NCBI GenBank assembly: GCA_964561085.1
Contig: CAZLNP010000005.1
Span: 3,151 to 67,150 of the forward strand
Length of the DNA: 64,000 bases
Reading direction: 5' to 3'
Source: an uncultured Candidatus Saccharibacteria bacterium
GTDB lineage: Bacteria > Patescibacteriota > Doudnabacteria > UBA920
A program made the translations under genes and the position numbers. Positions 35,878-45,900 of the stretch are shown here, in pieces (positions within the stretch are counted from its first letter, which is position 1; the number at the start of each line of letters is the position of its first letter). Below the pieces are notes generated by a model. The model searched no databases. It worked only from the letters and a program-made list of their open reading frames with translations, and had not been told where the DNA came from.

Positions 35878-36777
35878 ATGCAGAAAAAAATCAGAAAAGC
35901 GGTTATTCCTGTTGCTGGCTTCGGAACAAGGTTCCTGCCTGCTACAAAAGCCCAGCCAAAGGAAATGTTGCCTTTGGTAGATAAGCCAATTATCCAATAT
36001 GTAGTTGAAGATGCCGTTTCCGCTGGAATTGAGGATATCATCCTTGTTACTGGATGGCACAAACGCAATATTGAAGACCATTTTGATTACCCTTTTGAAT
36101 TAGAAAAAAGACTGGAAGAAGCTGGGAAAATCCAGCAATTAGAAGAAATTCGCGCAATTGCTAACTTGGCGAACTTCTATTATGTTCGTCAAAAAGGCCC
36201 TATGGGTAATGGAACCCCTATTTGGAATGCTCGTCATATTATTGGCGATGAGCCATTTTTGGTTCTATGGGGCGATGAATTTGTTGATGCAGCCCCAAAA
36301 ACTCGTTCTCAGCAGTTAGTAGAAGCGTATGAAAAACACGGTGGAAGCGCCATTCTAGGAGCAATCCGCACTACTAGAGATGAAGACTACAAGAGATATG
36401 GCTATGCCATGGGCGAAGAAGTAAGTCCTGGAGTCATCGGGATTGATAAATTCATTGAAAAACCCGGCGTTGGAGTGATTGACTCTCCTTATGCGGTTGT
36501 CGGAGGCTACGTGTTTAGCCCGGATATTTTCCCTGCAATGGAGCAAGCCATGAAGAATCTTGAAGAGAAGAATACTCCTGATGAACTCTATTGGGCTGAC
36601 GGCATGAATATTATGCTAGAACAAGGTAAAAAAACTTTTGCAGTAGAGATCAAAGATGGAAGATATTATGATTGTGGAAACAAACTTGAGTATCTAAAAG
36701 CGGTAGTGGAATTCGGTTTAAAACATACTGAAATTAAAGATGAGTTCTCTGAGTTCCTGAAGAAAATTTCAAGATAA
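35878..36777 (+). CDS. galU: UTP--glucose-1-phosphate uridylyltransferase
   Basis: AVIPVAGFGTRFLPATKAQPKEMLPLVDKP signature and VEKP motif. Confidence 0.85.
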   Translation: MQKKIRKAVIPVAGFGTRFLPATKAQPKEMLPLVDKPIIQYVVEDAVSAGIEDIILVTGWHKRNIEDHFDYPFELEKRLEEAGKIQQLEEIRAIANLANFYYVRQKGPMGNGTPIWNARHIIGDEPFLVLWGDEFVDAAPKTRSQQLVEAYEKHGGSAILGAIRTTRDEDYKRYGYAMGEEVSPGVIGIDKFIEKPGVGVIDSPYAVVGGYVFSPDIFPAMEQAMKNLEEKNTPDELYWADGMNIMLEQGKKTFAVEIKDGRYYDCGNKLEYLKAVVEFGLKHTEIKDEFSEFLKKISR

Positions 36778-36832
36778 ATTCAAATCTAAAATTTAGCCCT
36801 AAAATAAACAAAAAAGTAAATCATTCCTCAAA

Positions 36833-38152
36833 ATGGTACAAATAAAAATGAAAAATTATTTTAAAAAGATTAGTAAATTTTCAGTGATCATAGCGGTCGC
36901 TGCTTTGTCATTGATATCAGCAGGGTGTGGTGGTGGTGAACAAACAGCAGATCCAGTAACTATTAAAATTTGGAAGCCATTTGTTGACTCAGATAAAATG
37001 CAGTCAATTATGTCGGCGTATCAAGCTAAGCATACGAACGTAACTTTTGAATATACAAAGAAAAATATAGAAAACTACGAAGCTGATTTGTTGAATGCAC
37101 TCGCTGCAGGAAACGGTCCCGATATTTACTCTATCAATAACACTTGGGTGCCAAGATATATGGATAAGATTACTCCAGCACCAGACAAAGTTTTTACAGT
37201 GAAAGACTATAAAGAAGCTTTCGTAGATTCGATGGTAACAGATCTGATTAAAGACAACAAAATTTACGGTACAGCTATGTGGGTGGATTCTTTAGGGTTA
37301 TATTACAACAAAGATTTAATGGGAACAGCAGGAATTGCGGTACCTCCGAAGACTTGGGATCAGCTTGCTGAACAATCTAGAAGAATTACTCGCCAAGATG
37401 CTAATGGCTATTTTAGCCGCAGTGGTGTTGCGATAGGTACAAACTCCAATGTTAATCGTGGTGTGGATGTTATTTATTTATTAATGCTCCAAGCCGGAAC
37501 AATTCCTTGGACTGCAGATGGAAGCTCTCCTCAATTTGCTGGCAGCGTTAACAAGGGTGGCAACCAAGTAAATCCAGGTGAAGAAGCAGTTAGTTTTTAC
37601 ACCTCATTCTCTGATCCTTCAGGAGGAAACTATACATGGAACGAAGCCAGTGATTACTCAACTGATGCATTTGCAAATGGAAGAGCCGCATTCCTATATG
37701 GATACTCATACGCTCGTGAGCAAATAGATGCTAAAGCGCCAAATTTAAATTACGATGTTGCGCCAGTCCCTCAAAATAATCTTGATAACCCAACTGTTAA
37801 CTACTCTAATTACTTCGCAGAAGTAGTTAGCAAACAAAGTAAGCAGTCAGCTTGGGCATGGGATTTCTTGAAATTTGCTACTAGCAAAGATTCTCTGGAT
37901 AAATACTATAAGACAGACAAGCAGCCATCATCACGCCGTGATTTGATTGAGTTGCAAACAAGCGATGTTGAAATTGGGGTATTTGCTCATGCAAACTTAA
38001 CTGGAAAAACTTTTTATAAAGCAGATGAAGCAAAGTTTGATGCAATCATCGGTGACATGATTGATAATATTGTTTTGCGTGGCCAGCCAGTTGAACAAGC
38101 TTTGACTCGAGCGCAGTCGCAAGCTAGTACTCTATCTTTGATAAGAAAATAA
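36833..38152 (+). CDS. ABC-transporter extracellular solute-binding lipoprotein (family 1, carbohydrate-type)
   Basis: Lipobox LISAGCGGG. SBP_bac_1-like length and composition. No permease or ATPase gene follows. Confidence 0.7.
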   Translation: MVQIKMKNYFKKISKFSVIIAVAALSLISAGCGGGEQTADPVTIKIWKPFVDSDKMQSIMSAYQAKHTNVTFEYTKKNIENYEADLLNALAAGNGPDIYSINNTWVPRYMDKITPAPDKVFTVKDYKEAFVDSMVTDLIKDNKIYGTAMWVDSLGLYYNKDLMGTAGIAVPPKTWDQLAEQSRRITRQDANGYFSRSGVAIGTNSNVNRGVDVIYLLMLQAGTIPWTADGSSPQFAGSVNKGGNQVNPGEEAVSFYTSFSDPSGGNYTWNEASDYSTDAFANGRAAFLYGYSYAREQIDAKAPNLNYDVAPVPQNNLDNPTVNYSNYFAEVVSKQSKQSAWAWDFLKFATSKDSLDKYYKTDKQPSSRRDLIELQTSDVEIGVFAHANLTGKTFYKADEAKFDAIIGDMIDNIVLRGQPVEQALTRAQSQASTLSLIRK

Positions 38153-38157
38153 ATCGA

Positions 38158-38934
38158 ATGACAAAAATATTGCATCAAATAAAAAATGTTGTAGTCACTA
38201 GCTTAAGCAAAGCAATTATTGTTGTATCTTTGTTTGCAACTTTGGGAATGGTTTATGCTCAGCTTGAACCTGTAGTTGTTGTGCAGGCGCAATCTGCAGA
38301 AGCTACAAAGATTGCGGAACAGACAGCTCAGTCGGTTTATCAAACTGCTCTAAAACAAGGTCAATCTAAACAGGAAGCTCAAGTTGTCTCAGATACAACG
38401 CGGGACAGCTTGTTAATTGTATATAAGACTACTTATGATTCTGCTAAAGCACTTAAAAAGACAGACGCTCAGGCTGAAAAAGAAGCAATAGAGGAAGAAA
38501 ATAAAGCTGCTCAGAAAATTATTGCGGCTTCTCAGCAGGCTATAGGTGGCACCAAAAAAACCAATACAACAACAACTCAGAATGGCGACGCGGGTGGTTT
38601 TGTACCTTGTGGGAACGAAGCAACTAATCCATGTCAGATTGGTCATCTATTTTCAGCCTTCGTAGTTATTATTAACTACCTCATTGCGATGGCAGGATTC
38701 ATCGCTGTAATTGCAATCGTTTATGCTGGGTTTATGATGGTTTACTCCCAAGGTCAAGAACAACTTAAAGCAGCCAAAGGTAGAATATCTGGTGCTGTTA
38801 TAGGACTAGTATTGGTGGCGGCCGCTTTCATTATTATTAACGCTATTTTTGCGGGTAGTCTGAGCATAGGTGTTAAAAGCGGTGGAAATATTTTATCAAG
38901 TCCACTTGATTACATTCAGAATGGCGGGAAGTAA
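38158..38934 (+). CDS. paralog 1 of tandem family: signal peptide + variable domain + C-terminal two-helix hairpin (TrbC/VirB2-pilin-like)
   Basis: C-terminus: FVVIINYLIAMAGFIAVIAIVYAGFMMVYSQGQEQLKAAKGRISGAVIGLVLVAAAFIIINAIF. Confidence 0.7.
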   Translation: MTKILHQIKNVVVTSLSKAIIVVSLFATLGMVYAQLEPVVVVQAQSAEATKIAEQTAQSVYQTALKQGQSKQEAQVVSDTTRDSLLIVYKTTYDSAKALKKTDAQAEKEAIEEENKAAQKIIAASQQAIGGTKKTNTTTTQNGDAGGFVPCGNEATNPCQIGHLFSAFVVIINYLIAMAGFIAVIAIVYAGFMMVYSQGQEQLKAAKGRISGAVIGLVLVAAAFIIINAIFAGSLSIGVKSGGNILSSPLDYIQNGGK

Positions 38935-38946
38935 TATATTAATACT

Positions 38947-39324
38947 ATGCAAACACTTTTAGCGCAAAAAATCGCTCAGAATAATAAAAACGTTAATGCT
39001 AAACCAGCTGCAAATACGAATGCGATCAATACCAACAAGAGTACACCTAAAGCGTCTACTGAGGTCGAAATAGCTAAAATAACCAACCCATTCCCTGTAT
39101 CAACATTACCAGGTGTGTTTAATCAGATTATCTATATTATTTTGGCACTAATAGTAATGGCCGCAGTTGTGGTAATTATAATCTCAGGTTTTCGCATGCT
39201 AACCGGAGGTAATAACCCAGATCAGTTAAAGAAGGCTAAGAAGGGAATAGTCTGGGCCATTATTGGTTTGGTCGTAGCCTTTATGTCTTTCGCAATTGTT
39301 ACAATTATTCAGAGAATTCTCTAA
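38947..39324 (+). CDS. paralog 2 (minimal: N-terminal tail + C-terminal two-helix hairpin)
   Basis: IYIILALIVMAAVVVIIISGFRMLTGGNNPDQLKKAKKGIVWAIIGLVVAFMSFAIVTIIQRIL. Confidence 0.7.
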   Translation: MQTLLAQKIAQNNKNVNAKPAANTNAINTNKSTPKASTEVEIAKITNPFPVSTLPGVFNQIIYIILALIVMAAVVVIIISGFRMLTGGNNPDQLKKAKKGIVWAIIGLVVAFMSFAIVTIIQRIL

Positions 39325-39328
39325 AACG

Positions 39329-40264
39329 ATGAATTTTAATTTAAAGTTAAAACTATATAATTTCTCAGTTGCTACGGCTTTGTTTATCTTTGTTTCGTCA
39401 GTATTTGGCGCAACACTTTTCTTTCAGCCTTTAATTACAAATGCTGCAACGGAAATTCCTGACGAGTTTAAAAAATGTATTCCTATCGTTAATAGTTTTT
39501 CTACAACTCCTGCAAAAGTCACTAAGAGAGATCAAAGTGTAAAGATGACGGTGACAGTTAGGACTCTGGGATGTATTATCGGAAACGTAAATGGAAAATC
39601 TCCAATGTGGAATGTTTTTGCTGAGGTGAAAGATGAGACAGGTAAAAGCGATGGAGGATTCGTTTTTCCATCGACCACCACATACATGAGCGGTGCAGAT
39701 TTCAAACAAGTAAATAAAAACGCTCAACACCCCGACTTTAATAAATATGATGCAACTTATACACGAACAGTTACTAATTTATTCGAAAATCTAAATGGCA
39801 ATACTCTTACCATTAGTCCGAACCTGCGTTGGGATGATTTTACACAGGTGGTAAACACTGGACTAGCAAAAAAAGTTACCGCCGGTGGAGCCGCTGTTAG
39901 TAATACGAATGCTAACGCTAACGCTAATACAAACACTGGAAACCCGAATGAGAACATTAATACAGACGTTAGTAGTAAATTTGATAAAGGGCTTGATGAA
40001 AAGATTGGTGACTTTTGGAATCCTCTTGAGAGAGACACCCTCCCAGAGTTGTTAGCAACTATTTTGAGAATTCTTTTTGCTCTAATTGGTATGGTAGCTG
40101 TGATTATTATCATCATTTCAGGATTCAGAATGGTGTTAGCAAGTGGCAATGAAACCGAGTTAACAAAAGCAAAGGCTGCAATCACTTGGGCGATAGTAGG
40201 GTTGATAGTTTCGCTAATGGCATTTAGTATCGTTGCAATTATCCAAAGATTAATCCAAGGATAA
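39329..40264 (+). CDS. paralog 3 (large Asn/Thr-rich ectodomain + C-terminal hairpin)
   Basis: Signal peptide, NTNANANANTNTGNPNENINT low-complexity tract, and hairpin ...IIISGFRMVLASGNETELTKAKAAITWAIVGLIVSLMAFSIVAIIQRLIQG. Start moved to the ATG after the upstream stop. Confidence 0.7.
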   Translation: MNFNLKLKLYNFSVATALFIFVSSVFGATLFFQPLITNAATEIPDEFKKCIPIVNSFSTTPAKVTKRDQSVKMTVTVRTLGCIIGNVNGKSPMWNVFAEVKDETGKSDGGFVFPSTTTYMSGADFKQVNKNAQHPDFNKYDATYTRTVTNLFENLNGNTLTISPNLRWDDFTQVVNTGLAKKVTAGGAAVSNTNANANANTNTGNPNENINTDVSSKFDKGLDEKIGDFWNPLERDTLPELLATILRILFALIGMVAVIIIIISGFRMVLASGNETELTKAKAAITWAIVGLIVSLMAFSIVAIIQRLIQG

Positions 40265-40285
40265 GTAAAATAAATTTTAAAGTAA

Positions 40286-40702
40286 ATGAAAAGTATAAAA
40301 AAAATATTTGCAGTATTAGGCGTCATAGTTTTCGCGTTTGGCGGTCTGTTAGTGTCTAGTGGAGTTAATGTTGCTACCGCGGCAGGTGACCCTTGTGCGG
40401 ATCTAGCAAAGCAAATCTCTGGAAGTGGTTTTGATGTAAAAAGCCAACTGCCGGTCTACTGTACTACTGAGTCTATCTACAACAAAATCTTATTTGGTGC
40501 CTTGTATGCGGTAGGAATTGTGGCAGTTATTATGATTATCTATGGTGGCTACATGTATATGACCGCTCAATCTAACGAGGATCAGAGGAAAAAGGGTCGC
40601 GATATTCTTACTTGGGCTGTGCTAGGTTTAGTAGTTGTTGTGCTCGCAGTGTTGCTCGTAAACGTAGTTGTGAACTTGGTTGTTGAAAACCGGTTTGTGT
40701 AA
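40286..40702 (+). CDS. paralog 4
   Basis: Signal peptide; ...AVIMIIYGGYMYMTAQSNEDQRKKGRDILTWAVLGLVVVVLAVLLV. Confidence 0.7.
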   Translation: MKSIKKIFAVLGVIVFAFGGLLVSSGVNVATAAGDPCADLAKQISGSGFDVKSQLPVYCTTESIYNKILFGALYAVGIVAVIMIIYGGYMYMTAQSNEDQRKKGRDILTWAVLGLVVVVLAVLLVNVVVNLVVENRFV

Positions 40703-40811
40703 TTCCCTAGATATAGTAGAATATAAGTACGTTACTCTTATATAAGAACCTGTTCGAGATTCGCTTTAGGTTCGCCGGCGGATCTTTACCAGCTTCATCC
40801 TCATCCGAAAG

Positions 40812-41240
40812 GTGGTGAAAAAATTGAAACAAACGTTGCAAAAACTTAATTGGTTAAACATTGCTCAACTTGTGTTCGTTCTATTGGTTGCTTTAGCTCC
40901 AGTATACGTTCCTCAAGTAGCAAAAGCTGGCTTGGTAGATACTTTTGTAAACAACTGTCCTGTTGATACTGGAGTTCGTTGTTCAGAAGGCAGCATTGCT
41001 GCTATCTTCCGTCTTATTATCAACTGGGCTCTAGCGATTGCGTTTATCGCAGCTGTTATCATGTTGATTTACGGTGGTTTCCTTTACATCACGTCAGCAG
41101 GAAACACAGATAATGCTACTAAAGGTAAGACAGCCATTACCAATGCTCTAGTCGGTGTCGTAATCATCGTACTTTCTTACATTATTGTTCAAATCGTGTA
41201 CAGATTCGTATCTGGTGGAAGCGGCTCTACTGGTATATAA
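40812..41240 (+). CDS. paralog 5
   Basis: Signal peptide; ...RLIINWALAIAFIAAVIMLIYGGFLYITSAGNTDNATKGKTAITNALVGVVIIVLSYIIVQIVY. Confidence 0.7.
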   Translation: MVKKLKQTLQKLNWLNIAQLVFVLLVALAPVYVPQVAKAGLVDTFVNNCPVDTGVRCSEGSIAAIFRLIINWALAIAFIAAVIMLIYGGFLYITSAGNTDNATKGKTAITNALVGVVIIVLSYIIVQIVYRFVSGGSGSTGI

Positions 41241-41336
41241 CAATTCTCCCGCATTTAATTTTAAAATGCGGGATAGCTCTGGGAACAAAATTAGACTTCC
41301 CAAAATTTTGTCTCCGGAGTTATTTAATAAAAAAAT

Positions 41337-41738
41337 ATGAAACAAAAAATTTCTTTATTCTTTCTTGGTGGATTAGTCTCAGTGATGGCACTTTTCGCCT
41401 TTGTCCCTAGCGCTACACCTGCTTACGCTCAGAATTCAGATTGTACCACTGATTGTGTACAGAGTGGCTTAACTGACATCCAGGATGCGTTTCCCAATAA
41501 AACCCAAAAGACTCTACCTGAGCTGGTTAAATTAGTAATTAACTGGGCGCTGTACTTGTCTGCTATCATCGCGGTAATCTTTATAATCATTGGTGGATTT
41601 ATGTACATTACTTCTGCTGGTGACCCTGGCAAGGCAAGCAAAGGACGCACTACTTTAGTAAACGCTTTAATTGGTTTAACTATAATTGTCCTTTCCTACT
41701 TGATCGTTCAAATTCTTTACGACTTCCTAACCTCTTAA
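41337..41738 (+). CDS. paralog 6
   Basis: Signal peptide; ...KLVINWALYLSAIIAVIFIIIGGFMYITSAGDPGKASKGRTTLVNALIGLTIIVLSYLIVQILY. Close to paralog 5. Confidence 0.7.
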   Translation: MKQKISLFFLGGLVSVMALFAFVPSATPAYAQNSDCTTDCVQSGLTDIQDAFPNKTQKTLPELVKLVINWALYLSAIIAVIFIIIGGFMYITSAGDPGKASKGRTTLVNALIGLTIIVLSYLIVQILYDFLTS

Positions 41739-41757
41739 GTTTAGGAATTAAAACAAA

Positions 41758-42573
41758 GTGAATATTTCTTTAAACCAAAATTTTTTACCAAAGATACTTC
41801 TCGCCATGCTTGTATTATTTAGCATGGCGCTCTTTGTTGTTCCAGTGAATGAGGTTGATGCTCAAGTAGTTAATACATACGCTTGCTTTAATCCAACTAC
41901 TAATACATTAACAGCTGCATCTGCAACGACAACTTGTCCTGCAGGATCCAATAGAGTCTTTGCTGATTCTAGGATGAATGGGTTCTGTCTTGCGAAGGAA
42001 AATGGAGTTAATACAGCTAAGGCCCCGTGGCCAGATTCAGCAGGCACAGGACCAAGTTTAGATTTCCTTGGTAAATCTTGTTTAGAAAAAGATGGTAGTG
42101 CAACCCGCGGAACCTTCACTCCTTTCCCAAAAGGCTCAACGACGCCAGTAACACCCACTAATACTAATACGGGAAATAATACTAACACTACTAAAAATAC
42201 AAACGGCACTACTGGCGGAGGAGTGGGTGGAGGAACCCAAAACCCTACCAGTAAAGGTGATTGTGAAGATAAATTCCACAAGGTAGGACCATTATGTGTG
42301 CCTAATAATCCTTTCAATAACAGTTCAATCGCTGGGGGTAACGCAACCGCGACTAGTTTGGCGCTAAGAATTATTCGCATTATGCTTTACTTTGCTGCAA
42401 TAGTCGCAGTGATCATGGCAATTATTGGCGGGTACCAGGTAATGACGGCTGGTGGAAACCCTACTCAGGCAGCTAGCGGACGCAAGACTCTAACAAACGC
42501 AGTGATTGGTTTAGCCATAATTCTATTAGCTTTTGTCATAGTTCAAGTCTTGGTAAACTTCATTACTAAATAG
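41758..42573 (+). CDS. paralog 7 (Thr/Asn/Gly-rich ectodomain + hairpin)
   Basis: Signal peptide; TPTNTNTGNNTNTTKNTNGTTGGGVGGG tract; hairpin ...IMLYFAAIVAVIMAIIGGYQVMTAGGNPTQAASGRKTLTNAVIGLAIILLAFVIVQVLVNF. Confidence 0.7.
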   Translation: MNISLNQNFLPKILLAMLVLFSMALFVVPVNEVDAQVVNTYACFNPTTNTLTAASATTTCPAGSNRVFADSRMNGFCLAKENGVNTAKAPWPDSAGTGPSLDFLGKSCLEKDGSATRGTFTPFPKGSTTPVTPTNTNTGNNTNTTKNTNGTTGGGVGGGTQNPTSKGDCEDKFHKVGPLCVPNNPFNNSSIAGGNATATSLALRIIRIMLYFAAIVAVIMAIIGGYQVMTAGGNPTQAASGRKTLTNAVIGLAIILLAFVIVQVLVNFITK

Positions 42574-42691
42574 TGCAAAATTATACTATTTTCAGCACTT
42601 CACATTCTCTAAAATATGTCGTATAATAAGGAACCAGAGCAATCTGGTTCTTTTTTAGAAGACTAGCTATTATTAGCTAGATATCACTCTT

Positions 42692-42778
42692 GCCGGAGTG
42701 GCGAAATTGGCAGACGCACCAGCCTTAGGAGCTGGCGGGGGCAACCCTGTGGAGGTTCAAGTCCTCTCTCCGGCACCA
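42692..42778 (+). tRNA. tRNA-Leu(TAG)
   Basis: GCCGGAG acceptor. Anticodon stem CCAGC/GCTGG with loop CTTAGGA. Long variable arm. T arm GGAGG-TTCAAGT-CCTCT. Encoded CCA. Confidence 0.85.
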
Positions 42779-42826
42779 GCGTCCTATTTTTTTCAAAATT
42801 GGGCGCATCATTAATATATATTTTCC

Positions 42827-44749
42827 ATGGGCAAGATTGTAAAAAATATTATTTTAGTCCTAATCGGATTTTTAATTATCTCAGTAATCGTTGCTTCATT
42901 TACTACTAGCAAAGAAGTAAAATCTGTCCCTCTATCAGAAGTTTCTAGTTTAATAAAAGATGATAAAGTAGAAAGCATCGAAGTTAACTCAGATTCGATT
43001 CAAACTAAACTTAAAGATAGCGACAGTAAACTAAAGTCTACTATCGGTGCTCGCACAGATATTCCGAAATACTTTATAGACTCTGGCGTACCTGAAGAAA
43101 AAATCAGCAACATCAAAATTGAATTTAATACTCCTGGCACAGCTAGCCAAGTAGCTGGTGCAATTTTGCCATTCCTGATTCCCTTCGTCTTAATCGCGTT
43201 GTTCATATATTTCTTAATGCGCCAAGTTCAAGGTTCTAACAATCGCGCATTAACTTTTGGACAAAGTTCTGTAAAGCTAAATGATGAACAAAAAAATAAA
43301 GTTCGCTTTGATGATGTAGCTGGTGCAAAGGAAGCGAAAGAAGAACTTTCTGAAATTGTTCAGTTCTTACGTTTCCCTCAAAAGTTTTTAGCGCTTGGTG
43401 CAAAGATCCCTAAAGGTGTTTTACTTCTAGGTAGCCCGGGTGTTGGTAAGACCATGCTTGCTCGTGCAGTTGCAGGAGAAGCGAATGTACCTTTCTTCCA
43501 CATCTCTGGATCTGAATTCGTAGAAATGTTTGTGGGTGTTGGTGCAAGTCGTGTTCGTGATTTGTTCAAGAAAGCAAAACGTAATGCGCCTTGTATTGTT
43601 TTTATCGATGAAATTGATGCCGTTGGTCGTCAGCGTGGTGCTGGTGTCGGTGGCGGTCACGATGAACGTGAACAAACCTTAAACCAAATCTTAGTAGAGA
43701 TGGACGGTTTCGAAACAGATACTAATGTAATTGTTGTTGCGGCTACAAACCGCCCTGATGTTCTAGATCCAGCTTTGCTTCGTCCTGGCCGTTTTGACAG
43801 ACAAGTAATTCTAGACCTTCCAGATATTAACGATCGAGAAGCGATCCTGAAAATTCACAGTAAGAATAAACCTTTTGCTGAAGGCGTTGACCTAAGAAAG
43901 ATTGCAGAGCGCACCCCAGGTTTCTCCGGTGCAGATTTGGCTAACTTGGTTAACGAAGGTGCAATTTTGGCAGCCCGTACAGATAAAAAACAAATTGATG
44001 GTGGCGACTTAAAAGAAGCTATTGAAAAGATCATTGTGGGTCCTTCACGAAAGAGTCACCTAATGAGTGCTGATGAAAAGAAGGTTACTGCCTATCATGA
44101 AGGTGGACATGCCTTGGTTGGCTCTGTATTGCCTGAATCCGACCCAGTTCACAAAGTGACTATTCTATCTCGAGGACGCGCATTAGGTTACACCATGAAG
44201 CTTCCAACAGAAGATAAGCACATGAGCACCAAGGGCGCTTTCCTAGATGAAATTGCTGCACTAATTGGTGGCTACGCTGCTGAGAAATTAATCTTCGGTC
44301 GCTTAACTACTGGTGCTAGCAATGATTTGAAGGTTGCTACAAATATGGCGCGCAAGTTAATTACACAGTACGGAATGAGTGAAGCGTTTGGCCCAGTTGT
44401 TTTAGGCGAACAGCATGAAAACGTATTCCTTGGTCGCGATATGGGTGAACAGAAGAATTACAGTGAAGATACAGCTCAGAAAATTGATGCAGAGGTCCGT
44501 CGCATTATGACTGAAGGTGAAGCTCGTGCTACTCAAATTTTGACTCAGCACAGAACCTATCTAGATACTATTGCTGATCGTTTGCTAAAAGAAGAAACTT
44601 TGGAACAAGAAGAGTTTACAGAAATTGTAAAAGATCTTATTCCTGCAAATAAGAAGAGGCTTCCAGAATTTGATAAAGTTGCTCCAGATAATTCTGCTGA
44701 TGGAATGAACATTCCTCAAGAGCCAATTACTCCTCCTGCCCAAGCCTAG
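42827..44749 (+). CDS. ftsH: ATP-dependent zinc metalloprotease FtsH
   Basis: Two TM helices. AAA+ motif [17 protein letters not shown]. Zinc motif HEGGHAL. C-terminal proline-rich tail. Confidence 0.95.
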   Translation: MGKIVKNIILVLIGFLIISVIVASFTTSKEVKSVPLSEVSSLIKDDKVESIEVNSDSIQTKLKDSDSKLKSTIGARTDIPKYFIDSGVPEEKISNIKIEFNTPGTASQVAGAILPFLIPFVLIALFIYFLMRQVQGSNNRALTFGQSSVKLNDEQKNKVRFDDVAGAKEAKEELSEIVQFLRFPQKFLALGAKIPKGVLLLGSPGVGKTMLARAVAGEANVPFFHISGSEFVEMFVGVGASRVRDLFKKAKRNAPCIVFIDEIDAVGRQRGAGVGGGHDEREQTLNQILVEMDGFETDTNVIVVAATNRPDVLDPALLRPGRFDRQVILDLPDINDREAILKIHSKNKPFAEGVDLRKIAERTPGFSGADLANLVNEGAILAARTDKKQIDGGDLKEAIEKIIVGPSRKSHLMSADEKKVTAYHEGGHALVGSVLPESDPVHKVTILSRGRALGYTMKLPTEDKHMSTKGAFLDEIAALIGGYAAEKLIFGRLTTGASNDLKVATNMARKLITQYGMSEAFGPVVLGEQHENVFLGRDMGEQKNYSEDTAQKIDAEVRRIMTEGEARATQILTQHRTYLDTIADRLLKEETLEQEEFTEIVKDLIPANKKRLPEFDKVAPDNSADGMNIPQEPITPPAQA

Positions 44750-44767
44750 CTGAAAATTAAAACTAAA

Positions 44768-45655
44768 GTGATGAGTTACAAAGAGGTTTTATCTCAAGCC
44801 TACGCACTAACTATCCGCAATCCACTGCTATGGATATTCGGAATAGTTATGCTCGGGGGATTTAACCTCTTTTTGATTAACTTTTTTTCGTTAATCCCTG
44901 GTGGACAATGGAAAGTTTGGCCAACTCACTTTGAGAATATGTTTGATTCCTCAATCTTAAGCTGGCTGACTTTTTTAGTAGCAGTTGTGATAATATTTAC
45001 AGCTTTAAATTTTGTTAAGATAGTTTTTATTGTAATAGTTCACGGGCTAATTCATGCAAAATTACAAAATGAGTGTATGTTATGTACAAAGTTGTCTACC
45101 GATGAAGAATCTCAAAAACCACTACCGTATTTACTCTGGCTAGTAAATGTTGTAATTGCTAGCGCCTTCACTATTCTTCTAACATTGGGCATAACTTTAG
45201 CTGCTAACTCAGTACTAAGGTCTCAGGGGTATGATAGTCCTGGTGCAATAGTCGTTAACCTTTTGTTTATTGCAGTTTTAACTTGTGCTATTGGGACTTG
45301 GAATATTTTCACAAACTATTTTATAATTTGGCACGGACTCAAATTTTCTGCAGCATCGGCGGCGGCAATTGACTTAATAGTTAAGCGTGCCAGGATTATC
45401 ATGGAGTTTGTTATATTACTCTCGTTAGTTTATTCATTGTCCGTAGCGGTTGGCAATATTCTCATTCAAACTTGGCATTCCGAATTGTTGATGGGCACGA
45501 TGCCGGCAATAAGACTCATCTTTTTGATTGTTCCTATTATCTGGTTCGCGATTAACAACGCTTTTTTTAATGTCGCTTTTCTTATATTTTTTGATAGAAT
45601 AGTTAAAGCTATTCCTAGTGAAAAATCACAGCCATCTATTTATCCCGCTGCGTAG
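44768..45655 (+). CDS. polytopic membrane protein, hypothetical
   Basis: 295 aa with ~7 hydrophobic helices. No motif recognised. Confidence 0.5.
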   Translation: MMSYKEVLSQAYALTIRNPLLWIFGIVMLGGFNLFLINFFSLIPGGQWKVWPTHFENMFDSSILSWLTFLVAVVIIFTALNFVKIVFIVIVHGLIHAKLQNECMLCTKLSTDEESQKPLPYLLWLVNVVIASAFTILLTLGITLAANSVLRSQGYDSPGAIVVNLLFIAVLTCAIGTWNIFTNYFIIWHGLKFSAASAAAIDLIVKRARIIMEFVILLSLVYSLSVAVGNILIQTWHSELLMGTMPAIRLIFLIVPIIWFAINNAFFNVAFLIFFDRIVKAIPSEKSQPSIYPAA

Positions 45656-45715
45656 TATTATGGACAATTAAGCAGAAATGAATTAAACTAGGATTGTTTT
45701 GAAAACAAATTTTTT

Positions 45716-45791
45716 GGGCGGTTAGCTCAGTTGGTAGAGCGTCTCATTGACGTTGAGAAGGTCACAGGTTCGACTCCTGTACCGCCCACCA
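45716..45791 (+). tRNA. tRNA-Val(GAC)
   Basis: GGGCGGT acceptor. D arm GCTC-AGTTGGTA-GAGC. Anticodon stem TCTCA/TGAGA with loop TTGACGT. T arm ACAGG-TTCGACT-CCTGT. Encoded CCA. Confidence 0.85.
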
Positions 45792-45900
45792 TTTACACCT
45801 TCGGGTAAATTAATTGCAAGGGTTGGGAACGTTGCATCAAGTGGTAAAACCCATTCGACTTGATTCGAGGTTCGTGATTCTTGCTATAAGCGAGAGAAAT

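Noticed and set aside
41862-42380. 172-aa minus-strand ORF rich in Pro/Val/Leu.
   Set aside because: It is antisense to paralog 7 of the pilin-like array; its composition mirrors the Thr/Asn/Gly-rich sense strand.
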